Source: Octopus vulgaris
Taxonomy: Eukaryota
Direction of reading: 5' to 3'
Assembly: GCA_951406725.2 (NCBI GenBank)
Contig: OX597831.1
Span: 31,310,001-31,374,000, forward strand
Length of the DNA stretch: 64,000 nt
Shown: in pieces, positions 40,681-54,830 of the stretch
How positions within the stretch are numbered: position 1 is the stretch's first letter
Layout: each line of letters begins with the position of its first letter
Program-made: the position numbers and the translations under genes
The notes under the pieces: model-generated
What the model saw: only the letters and a program-made list of their open reading frames with translations
The model's database searches: none
What the model was told of the DNA's origin: nothing

Positions 40681-40920
40681 GGAAGAATGCTAGAAGCGAC
40701 TGTTGCAATCATCAACCAGAAACTATTACAGAATACCATGTGCATTATAGATTTTTATAAGATGATGTGAAATTTATGTGTGTAACCCGGCCATGTAGCA
40801 GTGGTACAGAGGCAATATACGAGGGTCTTCATTTCTTTCTTTCTTTCTTACAGTGTCAGCTCCTGTCGGAGTCGTAAAAGCACTGCCGGAAGGACATACG
40901 GTATGTGTTGCGGGATTTAA

Positions 40921-41341
40921 GGTGGCGAGCTGGCAGAGACGTTAGCATGCCAGGCGAGATGCTTATCGGTATTTCGGCTGCTGCTACGTTCTGAGTTCAA
41001 ATTCCGCCGAGGTCGACTTTGCCTTTCATCCTTTCGGGGTCGATTAAATAAGTACCAGTTACGCACTGGGGTCGTCGATATAATCGACTTAATCCGTTTG
41101 TCTGTCCTTGTTTGTCCGCTCTGTGTTTAGCCCCTTGTGGGTAATAAAGAAATAGGTATTTCGGCTGCCGCTACGTTCTGAGTTAAAATTCCGCCGAGGT
41201 CGACTTTGCCTTTCATCCTTTCGGGGTCGATTAAATAAGTACCAGTTACGCACTGGGGTCGTCGATATAATCGACTTAATCCGTTTGTCTGTCCTTGTTT
41301 GTCCTCTCTGTGTTTAGCCCCTTGTGGGTAGTAAAGAAATA
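40921..41341 (+). mobile_element. SINE family A tandem dimer with 21-bp TSD
   Basis: GGTATGTGTTG(C/T)GGGAT(T/G)TAA at 40900-40920 and 41342-41362. Confidence 0.9.
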
Positions 41342-41568
41342 GGTATGTGTTGTGGGATGTAAGCCTGCAGGGACTTATCTACTTCCAGATCTGACCACAA
41401 CTGATTTCTTCCAGAGAGAAAGAAGCGGAACGAAGATGGGGGACGAGTGAAATTGACTCCGACGGGATTTGAACGCAGAGTGCAGACAGTAGCAATGAAA
41501 TGTGTTAGTTCTGATGAGATGGATTCACCCTTTAGTATTCAGATTATTCTGTCACGTGTAATGCTTAT

Positions 41569-41985
41569 TTTTACTCTTTTACTCTTTTACTTGTTTCAGT
41601 CATTTGACTGCGGCCATGCTGGAGCAGCGCCTTTAGTCGAGCAAATCGACCCCGGGACTTATTCTTTGTAAGCCCAGTACTTATTCTATCGGTCTCTTTT
41701 GCCGAACCGCTAAGTGACGGGGACGTAAACACACCAGCATCGGTTGTCAAGCAATGCTAGGGGGACAAACACAGACACACAAACATATACACACACACTC
41801 ATATATATATACATATATACGACAGGCTTCTTTCAGTTTCCGTCTACCAAATCCACTCACAAGGCATTGGTCGGTCCGGGGCTATAGCAGAAGACACTTG
41901 CCCAAGATGCCACGCAGTGGGACTGAACCCGGAACCATGTGGTTCGTAAGCAAACTACTTACCACACAGCCATTCCTGCGCCTAT
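41569..41985 (-). mobile_element. SINE family B, full length
   Basis: Close match to 20533-20950. Confidence 0.9.
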
Positions 41986-42489
41986 GTTATGAATTTATCC
42001 TGCCTTATCACACAGTTTTGAAAGTTCAATTATGTGATTGTTGGTTAGGGTGTCAGCATCATGATCATAAGATTGTGGTTTCGATTCCTGGACCGGGGGC
42101 GACGCGTTGTGTTCTTGAGCAAAACACTTCATTTCACGTTGCTCCAGTCCATTCAGCTGACAAAAATGAGGAACTGTATTTTTAAAAAATTGTTAAAATT
42201 GCACATAAACTTTAACAACACAGTCTTATATGGACCCGTAAGGGTATCGAAGACCCCCCAGTTGGAAACCACTGATATACGACTTTCGACTTAATCCGTC
42301 ACTTTCATCAACCAACAAGCGGAAGGGCGTTTTTTTTTTAGTATTATTAATAAAGAAGTTAAAGAGAACAGAAACCAGAATTTCGTTCATCCGAAAACCG
42401 CATTTACCTCTTCAAATGTCTTCTCTTCCATCAACTCGCTTCTCTCCTCTTTCCTTTTCCACATCCTACTACTCCGCATTTCTTCTTAA

Positions 42490-42922
42490 TCCTCTTCTTC
42501 TTCTTCTTCTTCTTCTTCTTCTTCTTCTTCTCCTCCTCCTCCTCCTCCTTCTTCTTCTTCTTCTTCTTCTTCTTCTTCTGCTTCTTCTTCTTCTTCTTCT
42601 TCTTCTTCTTCTTCTTCTCTCATTCTCATTTTTTCTCTTTCCCTATACCCCTTTCTCTCTTACTGTCTCTTTCTCCTTTATTTCCCCCCCTCTCTCTCTT
42701 TCTCCTTTATTTCCCCCCTCTCTCTCTCTTTCTCTTTCTCATTCTTTCTCTTTCCCTATGCCTCTTTCTCTCTCTTTTCCACCTCATTTCTCTCTTCTTA
42801 CACGTCTCTCTCTCTCATTCGTTCTCTTTCCCTATATCTTTTTTCTCTCTCTTCCTCTTCATTACTCTCTCTCTCTCTCTCTCTTCCTCTTCATTACTCT
42901 CTCTCTCTCTCTTCCTCTTCAT

Positions 42923-42965
<43 letters not shown>

Positions 42966-43016
42966 CATCTTCATTTCTCTTTCTCTCTCATTTTCATTAT
43001 TTCCCTTTCCCTATAA

Positions 43017-43067
<51 letters not shown>

Positions 43068-43146
43068 ATCTTTTCTTTTTCCTATCTCTCTCTTTCTCAG
43101 CTTATCTTTTTCCTATCTGTCTCTTTCTCTTCTCTCTATCTCTCTC

Positions 43147-43205
<59 letters not shown>
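42490..43205. repeat. (CTT)n/(CT)n polypyrimidine tract
   Basis: Direct inspection. Confidence 0.95.
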
Positions 43206-43206
<1 letters not shown>

Positions 43207-43308
43207 TTTCTTCCATCACATCATATTCCTTTTACTTCAATCTTCCTAATCCTATTTTGTGTCTTTTTTTTAATTTACGCGCGCACAGACACGCACACAA
43301 ATACCTAT

Positions 43309-43349
<41 letters not shown>

Positions 43350-43746
43350 AACACATGCACACACAGATATATTCTGAGAGCCTAGCGCGGGATCATTTAC
43401 AAGCAGCTGAAAATTCAACGAAGGGTGAAAAAAATCAATGTCCGAAATTTGGCTTACGATTTGACATCGAAGATGGAACGGCTGTGGTAAATGGAAGTAG
43501 GAATCGATCAATGGAGTGGAAGCGGCCAATGAAGCGGAACTAGGTAGTTCTGCTCCATGACATTATTTTAATAATTTTTGGAAAGGCTTCAAGACACACC
43601 TTTTACAGCAGAAGAATATTGGTTTTACTGCCTGTAATTTTTTTCAATATTAATAATAAATTATCATTTTAATAACAACAACAACAACAACAACAACAAC
43701 AATAATAGGATGTTAATAATGTGGCATGTGCTGCTCTGTCACTCAT

Positions 43747-44135
<389 letters not shown>

Positions 44136-44403
44136 GATTCTAATTTTAGGCACGAGTCCAATAATTTGAGGAGAGGAAGTAATCGATACCATCGAGCTCA
44201 GTACTTGATTGGCATTTTCATCGACCCCCCCCCCATCCGCCCAAGGATAGAAGAGAAATTTTCTTTTTTCGTTTTGCTACCAAGCAACGTGTTAGAAATT
44301 AATATGGGACGTACAAATATCAAAAATGACGGGCGAGGTAACTCTGGGCATCTTTTCTTTTAATTTACAAATGTGAATAAATAGATTAAATGTACCAATA
44401 CAT

Positions 44404-44471
<68 letters not shown>

Positions 44472-44477
44472 TCATGA

Positions 44478-44708
44478 AGGCGGCGAGCTGGCAGAAACGT
44501 TAGCACGCCGGGCGAAATGCGTTGCCGTATTTCGTCTGCCGTTACGTTCCGAGTTCAAATTCCGCCGAGGTCGACTTTGCCTTTCATCCTTCCGGGGTCG
44601 ATAAATTAAGTACCAGTTACGCACTGGGGTCGATGTAATCGACTTAATCTGTTTGTCTGTCCTTGTTTGTCTCCTCTGTGTTTAGCCCCTTGTGGGTAGT
44701 AAAGAAAT
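44478..44708 (+). mobile_element. SINE family A monomer inserted in (TA)n
   Basis: Full head and body; flanked by ATATATATATTCAT on both sides. Confidence 0.9.
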
Positions 44709-46339
44709 ATATATATATTCATATACGAACACACTTATACATACATGTACAGAAATATACACAGACACGCACATGTACATATACATATACGCACCACGTC
44801 GAACCACAGCCCTTGTTGAAAACAAAGACCAGAACCAAATAGATGATGTTAGGTGAAGTCAAGAGAGGGGTTCCTCTGACAGAAATTCGTGAGTTCATGT
44901 GAGTGAATGAATATGTGTGTGTGTGCGCGCACGTGTGTACACATAGATAGATGGCACTGAAGACAAGACGAATTCCTTTGCTATCCTCGGACATGAAGTT
45001 GGTGCGTGCGATTGATGGTGATCTAGAAACGAGCTTCTGGGGTCTGCTGTTGCTGTTGCTGCTCCTGCCTCATCTTTTAATCACTTCTTTTCTTTCTCTG
45101 TTTCAACTTCTTTGGAGCAGAAAGCCCTCAAGAGCCTCTTGCTGCTTCACATGTAAGACTGCACTTTCTGTCTTATTGCCTTTTTCTCTTGACCCACAAT
45201 GAGGTACATCTCCAGGGTTGTTCTACGGTATTCGCTGGGAAGAAGACAATCAATCATGATCTGCATATCCGTGCAGACTCCTCGGGACCGTGTGCCTTTC
45301 GGTGTCATCTCGTCCTTATCACCAATCCGTCTTACACGCGACAACGACTGTTCGATTTAACTCCACAACTCAACCATGCTCGGACACTATACGAGTCCGT
45401 GCAGAACGGTTTACTCGTTCTGTGTACATCTTAGACTGTCCTACCTGGCTATTATTCAGTACCTGTAAACCTTATTCTGAACTGGTAATACTCCTGGGTT
45501 CTCAGCTGAAGTTTTGGTAACCGATCTGTTAGTACTGTTTTAGAGGTCAGTTGGTTAATTTGATGGAAATGGCTTGGGTTGGGAGGAAGAAGCTACACTC
45601 ATGGCTTTCGCAGGCCCTCCGAAACCTTTTGAGAATGAAGTGGTTGGCTCATTTTGAACTTAATCTTCCTCTGATGATACCCAACAGTCTTAAAAATAAT
45701 GAAAAATTATTTTGTGGTCCTAGATAGACAATGTCACATGAAGGAGGAAATGTGGTTATTGCTGACATGCCTTTGATCATCGGTTAGTTCGCTAAGGGCT
45801 GATTGGGGTTATATAAATCGCAACAATAAGGCAACTAGCCACTTTCACCAGTTCCTCCACCACCACCACTACAAGCTCTACAACCTCTTGTTCACCACTA
45901 ACACCAACAAAAACCAGAGCTTCTTTTCTGTCTTGGTTTTTTTCCCCTTAAGTACTCGGTCAGAACTTCTACGTAGACGCTTGACCTGCAAGAAATAGCA
46001 ACCAAATCTGTCTCAACTTATGCCTTGTTATGCTTTGTCATGCAGAGGTTGTTTTTCTTTTAATGTAACAGATTGTAAAAAAAACTCTTTCAGAAATGGC
46101 GTAAAAATTGGATTCTAGCTTCAAAATTTTCAAACAACAAGGTTACCAAGTCTAGAGGAGGAGCTAAGTCGATTTCATCGATCCCAGTGCAGGACTGGTA
46201 CTTTATTTTATTGACCTTGGAAAGATGGATGGCTATGTTGATCTCGGTGGGATCTGATCTAAGAACGTAGAGTCGGAAGCCTTTTCTTTTTCCGATGCGC
46301 TAACGATTCTGCAATCTCGACGCCTTGGATCACAGCTAA

Positions 46340-46789
46340 TAATTATAATAATTTTGGGTAATTTCTGAAAGAGTGCGATCGCAAATACGATCGTCAAAAT
46401 GGCTTCCTCTGAAGGATCTCTGGAGAAACGTTACTCGACAGGCTTCATAGGCTGGAGATGAAATATTTTCTCCAGGTCAAACCACTATTTTTCCCCATTG
46501 AGAATTCACAGTTCCGGTATTATGGATATGTCATTAGAATGTTGCGGGAAAGAAAACACAAGATTGATAATGAAAGTCAAGTCAACTGGCAAGAGACCAA
46601 GTTGTTGACCAAAAACGAAATTGTTGAATGATATCCATAATTTCATTTGGTCGCGCTTGGAAATCCAACTGGAAAGAATAATGATGGTTGCTTTTAATAG
46701 GATCCGGAGGAGGAGGTGCCTGAGGACCCTACCCGCGACACCCTCTCAAGAATAGGGAATTAATGGAGATGGATGGATGAGTGAATGAA

Positions 46790-46790
<1 letters not shown>
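46340..46790 (+). pseudogene. RTE-like LINE 3' fragment
   Basis: SQFRYYGYVIRM...TGKRP..PKTKLLNDIHNFIWSRLEIQ...RRCLRTLP, then (GATG)n tail. Confidence 0.65.
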
Positions 46791-46878
<88 letters not shown>

Positions 46879-47375
46879 CCTTTCTACTAAAAGCACAAAC
46901 CCTGAAAATTTGGAGGAAGGTTAAGTCGATTACATCAACCACAGTCCTCAATTGGTATTTAATTTATCGACCCCGAAAGGATGAAAGGCAAAGTTGAACT
47001 CGGCGGAATTTGAACTCAGAACATTAAGAGGGACGAAATGCGGTTAAGCATTTTACCCAGCGTGCTGAGAAAAAAGATAGAGGACCGTACTGGATCACAT
47101 AGTGTGGGATTACAATAAAAAAAAATGTGTAAAACAAAGTAAAACAAATTTGCTTTCAATATTTGATTAACTCAATGTTCAAGCTTCAAACGCTTTAAAG
47201 CATGAAGAAATTTCAGTCACTAATTTAGCGCTTCCTTAGATATTTAGATTCATTTCATTCAAATGACCAGTTACGTTAACCATAAAAAGCTAAATCTTGG
47301 ATCCATTCAGTAGCGTCAAATTCAGGCGCATTTATTTTTCAGCAACCATTTCAAACAAGCGTTTGAATACCATAC

Positions 47376-48146
47376 CTATTTCTTTACTACCCGCAAGGGG
47401 CTAAACACAGAGGGGACAAACAAGGACTGACAAACGGATTAAGTCGATTATATCGACCCCAGTGTGTAACTGATACTTAATTTATCAACCCCTAAAGGAT
47501 GAAAGGCAAAGTGGACCTCGGCGGAATTTGAACTCAGAACGTAACGGCAGACGAAATACCTATTTCTTTACTACCCACAAGGGGCTAAACACAGAGGGGA
47601 CAAACAAGGACTGACAAACGGATTAAGTCGATTATATCGACCCCAGTGTGTCAATCCCTAAAGGATGAAAGGCAAAGTGGACTTCGGCGGAATTTGAACT
47701 CAGAACGTAACGGCAGACGAAATACCTATTTCTTTACTACCCACAAGGGGCTAAACACAGAGGGGACAAACAAGGACTGACAAACGAATTAAGTCGATTA
47801 TATCGAGCCCAGTGTGTAACTGATACTTAATTTATCGACCCCTAAAGGATAAAAGGCAAAGTCGACTTCGGTGGAATTTGAACTCAGAACGTAACGGCAG
47901 ACGAAATGCCTATTTCTTTACTACCCACAAGGGGCTAAACACAGAGGGGACAAACAAGGACAGACAAACGGATTAAGTCGATTATATCGAGCCCAGTGTG
48001 TAACTGGTACTTAATTTATCGACTCCGAAAAGATGAAAGGCAAAGTCGACCTCGGCGGAAGTTGAACTGGGAACGTAACGGCAGACGAAATACCGCTAAG
48101 CATTTCGCTCGGCGTGTTAACGTTTCTGCCAGCTCGCCGCCTTCAC
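47376..48146 (-). mobile_element. SINE family A tandem tetramer with 14-bp TSD
   Basis: Units at 47375, 47559, 47725 and 47909; single head at ~48091-48141; TTTGAATACCATAC at 47362-47375 and 48147-48160. Confidence 0.9.
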
Positions 48147-48573
48147 TTTGAATACCATACTCAAGAAGGTGAACCATGACGAAATAGGAAAATGCATGGA
48201 TAAAGATTGATGATACAGGGATGTCTTCTGGCACTCCGTTTTCAGAGGTGCAAGTAATACAAATCCTTCTGTGACTGACATACGATGATGAGTGATCCAG
48301 TTGATCCAATCAACAGAATAGCCTGCTCGGGAAATTAACGTCCAAGTGGCTGAGCACTCTATAGACACGTGTACCCTTAATGTAGTTCTCAGAGGGATTC
48401 AGCGTTATACAGAATGTGACAAGGCTGGCCCTTCGAATTACAGGTACTGCTAATTTTTGCTGACTGAATGGACTGAGGCTACATGAAATAAAGTGCCTTG
48501 TTCCTGAACGAAAAGTACGAGAATAAGTTCAAAAAGGGCGAAGCGTACGGGGTACTTACGTACATACATACAT

Positions 48574-48637
<64 letters not shown>

Positions 48638-48767
48638 GCACACACACACACACACACTCACACATACACACACACACACATTGTTGAATTTGCATGCGAT
48701 TATTTATAGTTTTATCTACTTACAGCTTCACTGTTCCAGAAAGAATAATGTGTGTATGTGTGTATAC

Positions 48768-48803
<36 letters not shown>

Positions 48804-48810
48804 CCTGTTA

Positions 48811-48884
<74 letters not shown>

Positions 48885-49133
48885 GTTTTTACGTATTATT
48901 TTGTATTCATATTCGTGTACCATCGTCCGTTTTTCCGTCCTTGTTTTGTATACATCCGAAGCTTTCTTCCAAGGAATCTAATGCGCTTAGCTTAGTTTTT
49001 CCTTAATCTCAAGATTAATCAGCCGAAATTGCGAGGATGATCACGGTTCTTGACAGAAGATTGAAGGCTTCAAATGTCCCGTCCGTGTTTTTTGTATCGT
49101 CTTCTAAATGTTTTGCGTTCTTGTCCCAGTTTG

Positions 49134-49191
<58 letters not shown>

Positions 49192-49367
49192 AAAAACAAT
49201 CGAAGTATGAAACAAGTATGAAACAATCGTACTAAATTACCGGATTCATTCTTGTTGCTTATTATTTTTTTTATTATAATCACACCGCATATTTTTATGG
49301 GTAACACCATACAAAATTCTGGTGCATCTAAATTAAGTACCATATTCATTTGAATCTAAATTGTTGC

Positions 49368-49408
<41 letters not shown>

Positions 49409-49896
49409 GAGTGTGTGCACGTGTATGTGTATGTGTGTACGTATGTGTGGGCGTTTATATGTTGGGGGGAGGTGCATGCGGGTAGTGAAAATGCGTCTGT
49501 AGGAACTAGTAATGAATCTTTCAATTCCCTTCTCATATTACGCTGTATAACAGACTTTTGTTAAGATGTATAACAGACTTTTGTTAAAAATCGTTGAAAA
49601 ATGTAAAAACTTGAGTTTATAATTATGGTGTGTATGTGTATGTGTATGTGTATGTGATATGCACATGTGTGTGTGAGTGTTTGTTCTGTGTGTATGGAAG
49701 GAGAAAAAAAATATGTACTTGTGAGGGGGAGAGTGTAAAGACAGATAAAATGAGAGAGAGAGAGGAGAAACAGAGAGAGGGAGAAAACGAGAGAGGTTGA
49801 AAGAGAGAGAGAGAAAGGGAGAGAGAGAGTTTGGGTATGTGACTAACGTGGAGAGAAGTTGAGAGTTACAAGAGAGGATAGGGAGAGTGAAAGAGA

Positions 49897-50065
49897 GGGG
49901 GAGAGTGAAGGAGAGGGGAAGAGTGAAGGAGAGGGGAAGAGTGAAGGAGAGGGGAAGAGTGAAGGAAAGGGGAAGAGTGAAGGAGAGGGGAAGAGTGAAG
50001 GAGAGGGGAAGAGTGAAGGAGAGGGGAAGAGTGAAGGAGAGGGGAAGAGTGAAGGAGAGGAGGAG
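49897..50065. repeat. 18-bp purine-rich minisatellite GAGTGAAGGAGAGGGGAA (~8-9 copies)
   Basis: Direct inspection. Confidence 0.95.
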
Positions 50066-50789
50066 AGTGCGAGTGAGAGAGAAAATCTGTGTGTATATGT
50101 GAAGATATAAAGAGTTATGTGTGTATATATATGTGCGTGTGTGTGTGTGTGTATGTATGCTGCATATATATACATATATATATTTATGCGTAAATGCACG
50201 TATGTATATATGTGCATAAATACATACATACATGCATACATACATATATACGCACATGTGTGCATGCATGTAGGTACATATGTACATATATATATGTGTA
50301 TATGTATGCATATGTTTGTATGTATACATACAAACATAAATGCATACATATATACATATATAGGTGTGTATGCATGCATATAAACAGACAGACAGACAGA
50401 CAAGCAGGCAGACAGGCAGACAGACAGACAGACAGACATGCAGATAGGCAGGCAGACAGACAGACAGACAAAGACAGAAAGAGAGATTGTGAGTGTATAT
50501 GTGCGTATAAACGTCTGGGTATCAAATTTGTTGCCACGTTAACAATATCAATAAATTAGTGTCGATATATGTCCATGTATGGAGCAATCTTCGATTTGTC
50601 TGCTTAATTTTCTGTACTATTCACTCAGAGACCTGCTGACCTTCAACCATCAGGGAGAAGCGGTAGGGTCAAAATAAATGATATGTCGTTTCATCTCTGA
50701 TCAACATCCACGTGATGTGTGTAGAACACGGGACTTCATTTGGTCACATGGGATTTTAAGTTGTTGTTGTTAATGTTGTTGCTGTTGCT

Positions 50790-51201
50790 GAGCGAAGCGG
50801 TCTTCGTCCCAGAGCTCGCAAGATCGCGCCTCTGTAGTGCGCAAGATCGCACCTCTGTAGTGGGAGAAGTCCCGAAACGTGGTCCTTTGCTATTCGTAAG
50901 ACCCGCAGAAGAGAAAGCGGGTCAACCCCCGGCACCGAGAGCATCGACGGATGGATGAATGCGCATCCAGGCTCAGCGGTTGCGCAGGAAGTCGGGGACA
51001 AGAAACAGGAAGAAAGAGTGAGAGAAAGTTGGGGCGAAAGAGTACAACAGGGGTCGCCATCCCCTACCCCCTGCCGGAGCCTAGTGGAGCTTTGGGTGTT
51101 TTCGCTCAATAAACACACACACAACGCCCGGTCTGGGAATCGAAACCGCGATCTTCCGACCGCGAGTCTGCTGCCCTAACTATTGGGCCATTGCGCCTCC
51201 A
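50790..51201 (-). mobile_element. SINE family C head with a third tail type
   Basis: C head at 51020-51201; unique GC-rich tail containing a 23-bp tandem duplication. Confidence 0.75.
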
Positions 51202-51500
51202 CTGTTGTTGCTGGTGGTGGTGGTGGTCTGACGCTTGGCTTTCCGATGTTTCTCATTAAGAGTTGGTTACCAAACTATCTTCAATACCAAGATGCAATGT
51301 CTGGTTCTGAGATCATTTTAAAGAAATTCACTGACGATGTCCATTTGCACACATACCCTGATACTCAACTGGTCCTTATTTCACCGACCTTGAAATGATG
51401 AAAGACACAGTCGACCTAGGCGGAATTTGAACCTAGAACGTAAAGACGCACAAAATGCAGGTCACTGCCTCACAGCCTCACACACACAAACACACACATA

Positions 51501-51717
51501 CGAGGGGGTACTGGAAAGTTCCTAGCTTTGGGTAAAAGAAAATACAGGAGGATCAGTTAAATGTGATTTTATTCAACATATTCCCCTCTCAGATTCGCAC
51601 CCTTATTGCAGCGGTCCTTCAGTTTTTCTAAGCCCTGTAAAAGAACTCGAAAGGTTGAGACTCCAGCTAGGCCTTTCGCAACACCCTTAAAGCCAGGAAC
51701 TTTTCGGCATCCGCTCG
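51501..51717 (-). mobile_element. Mariner-derived MITE (internal deletion derivative)
   Basis: Imperfect TIRs CGAGGGGGTACTGGAAAGTTCCTAGCTTT / AAAGCCAGGAACTTTTCGGCATCCGCTCG; retains transposase C-terminus GLEKLKDRCNKGANLRGEYVE*. Confidence 0.75.
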
Positions 51718-51859
51718 CGTGTGTATGGGTGGGGTACACACACCAGGTATTGGTCAGCCCGGCGCTATAGTAGAAGACACCTGCCCAAAGTGCCACACAT
51801 TGGGACTAAATCCCAACCATATGGTTGAGAAGCAAATTTCTCACGACACAGCCACGTCT

Positions 51860-52591
<732 letters not shown>

Positions 52592-52891
52592 GAAGGAGAG
52601 GAGAGGGGAGAGAGAATGAGGGAAAGAAAGAGAGGAAGAAAGAGAGTTAAGTGCCATTTGCTGTGACAAGAAACCACAGCTAATCACATACGTGTGCGCG
52701 CGCGCATGTGCATTCTTAGGCACTTACGAGTATATAAGTGAGTGTAGGCAAGTTTGAGTATGTGTGTATAAGATTCCATCCAATCTCCAATCGAGATAAT
52801 CTACGATCATAAAGAACCCAACGATAAACACAAAAGGAGAAGGACAGAGATAGATAGGCATATATATATAAATATATATATATGTGTGTGT

Positions 52892-52958
<67 letters not shown>

Positions 52959-53099
52959 GACAGAGAGAGGGGGACAGAGAGACAGACAACCAAAGGGCCG
53001 AGAATTAGTAAAAGAGAAAGAAACAATGAGAATGAAGGAAAAAAGTTACTTATATATTCATGAATGTGCGTCTGTGTGTGTGTGTGTGTGTGTGCGCAT

Positions 53100-53144
<45 letters not shown>

Positions 53145-53755
53145 TGTGTGTGCGTGTGTGTGTGCGTGTGTGTTTGTGTGTGGTATTTAAAAGGACGTGA
53201 ATAAGAATATATTTACTGTAAATGGGGGGCTGCTGCGCTGCACAACGATGTTAAGTTCCAGATAAGCAGCGTAGATCTGTACATTTGCGAGTGTGTGTGT
53301 ATGTGTGTGTGTGTATGTGTGTGTGTGTGTGTGTGTGTATGTGTGTATGTGTGTGTGTGTGTGTGTGTGTATGTGTGTGTGTGTGTGTGTGAATTGCAGT
53401 CTTAGTTCCAACGCTGTACCAGTTTAAATTAAAGAGCACCTTGTACTCTTCTTCTCTCTGATGAATTACGGATAACACGTCTCTTACTCGCAGCGTCTTC
53501 ACCTTCTCTCGGGATGTGACACGTTTACATTAGTGTTGTAAGTGCAGAAAAGAAAACAGAAAAAAGAAAAAAAAGGAAGAAAAAAAAACATTTTCGCTAT
53601 TAATCGAGCACAAGTACGTTTAATACCATAAAAGGATATGTTAAAAATACATTGCACACAAGACAAGCCTTTTAGATAAACATTAGATAAGATAACGGAA
53701 TATAGATTACAACAGGGGAGAATTGCAATGGCATTTTTAAAATACATGTACATGA

Positions 53756-54081
53756 TACAGTTCTATATTTAAGAGATGAGGAATTATGTACATTATTTAC
53801 ATTATTTACATTTGACAGATATTTGTCCTCATCTTGTTTGTTGTTAACACAACGTTTCGGTTGAGATACCCCAATCCAGCCTTCATCAGAAGTCTTGAGG
53901 AAATTTCGAACCTGGGTTCTTATTCCTAAGGTATTTTTTCGATGTTATTGTTATTATTATTTTTTTTTTTCTTCTTTCAAATTTGCTTCCATTTCTTGCC
54001 GAGTGTCTTCCCGACTCCTACGGCAAAGAAACTCATAGTATACATTGGTAAGCCATTAAACTAAACTCAATAGTTCGTTCA

Positions 54082-54125
<44 letters not shown>

Positions 54126-54195
54126 TCTAGAATCGAACTCGAAATCTTGGGGTTAGTACCCCGCGCTCTTAACCACTACGCCATATGCCCGTGGG
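53756..54195 (-). mobile_element. tRNA-headed SINE-like element carrying a hammerhead motif (53846-53894), with a nested LINE 3'UTR fragment
   Basis: A box TGGCGTAGTGG (54173-54183), B box GTTCGATTC (54130-54138), (AAT)n, then CTGATGA-A-GGCTG...CAACC-GAAAC-GTT; flanked by CATGTACATGA repeats. Confidence 0.7.
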
Positions 54196-54830
54196 CATGT
54201 ACATGAGGACATGTACATGATGTTATATAATAGTTGTCAAAGAGCAGATCGTAGTAGATTCAGAGCCATTTTAGCTGCATTATGGGCCCACGGACAAATC
54301 AGTGCACTGGGCCCCTAGTGTATATTTATATACAACAAAAGCTACGACATACATAGGTTAGAAATAGGTATCTAGACATATGGGAGCCCTGAGCAACAAA
54401 CCAGGGTACCCATCCTTTAAGAAGGCACTAAGTAAATTTACAACTTAACATTTGACATTGTAGGGCAAAGGGCCCTAATTAACAGGCCGTAGATCATTGA
54501 GTTCCGGGCCGCAGAAAAAGAATGAATTTTAAAAATGTATTCCTATTTTATTAACTATTGCAGTCTGGAGGCTGATTTTGCATTATACATTTCGGTTGTT
54601 AGACTGCGGCCATGCTGGAGCACCACCTTAAAGGTTTTTAGTCAAAGAAATCGACCCCAGGACTTATTCTATGTAAGCCCAGCACTTATTCTATCGGTCT
54701 CTTTTTTTGCCGACCCGCTAAGTTACAGGGACATAAACACACCAATATCATTGTCAAGCGATAGTGGCGGTGGGGGTAGGAAACACAGACACAAAGACAC
54801 ATACACATAAATATATTTACATATATATAT

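Noticed and set aside
47376-48146. CRISPR-like regular repeats
   Set aside because: Contiguous ~184-bp SINE bodies with no unique spacers, in a eukaryotic context with no cas genes
49010-49138. Possible further Penelope-like tail ending in (TA)n
   Set aside because: Architecture is suggestive, but no complete ribozyme core can be read
49859-50110. SEGEGK-repeat protein
   Set aside because: 18-bp minisatellite inside a purine-rich low-complexity tract; no splice or homology support
50850-50890. Hammerhead-like CTGTAGT-GGGA-gaag-TCCC-GAAAC-gtg-GTC
   Set aside because: Two core mismatches, no stem I pairing, and antisense to the host SINE
54125-54192. Functional tRNA gene
   Set aside because: A and B boxes are present but there is no 3' acceptor strand pairing with GGGCATA; this is a SINE head, and the same applies to the heads of families A-D
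54262-54430. Possible hAT-like MITE (CAGAGCCATTTTAG ... TTAAGAAGGCACTA)
   Set aside because: TIR match is poor and no 8-bp TSD is visible
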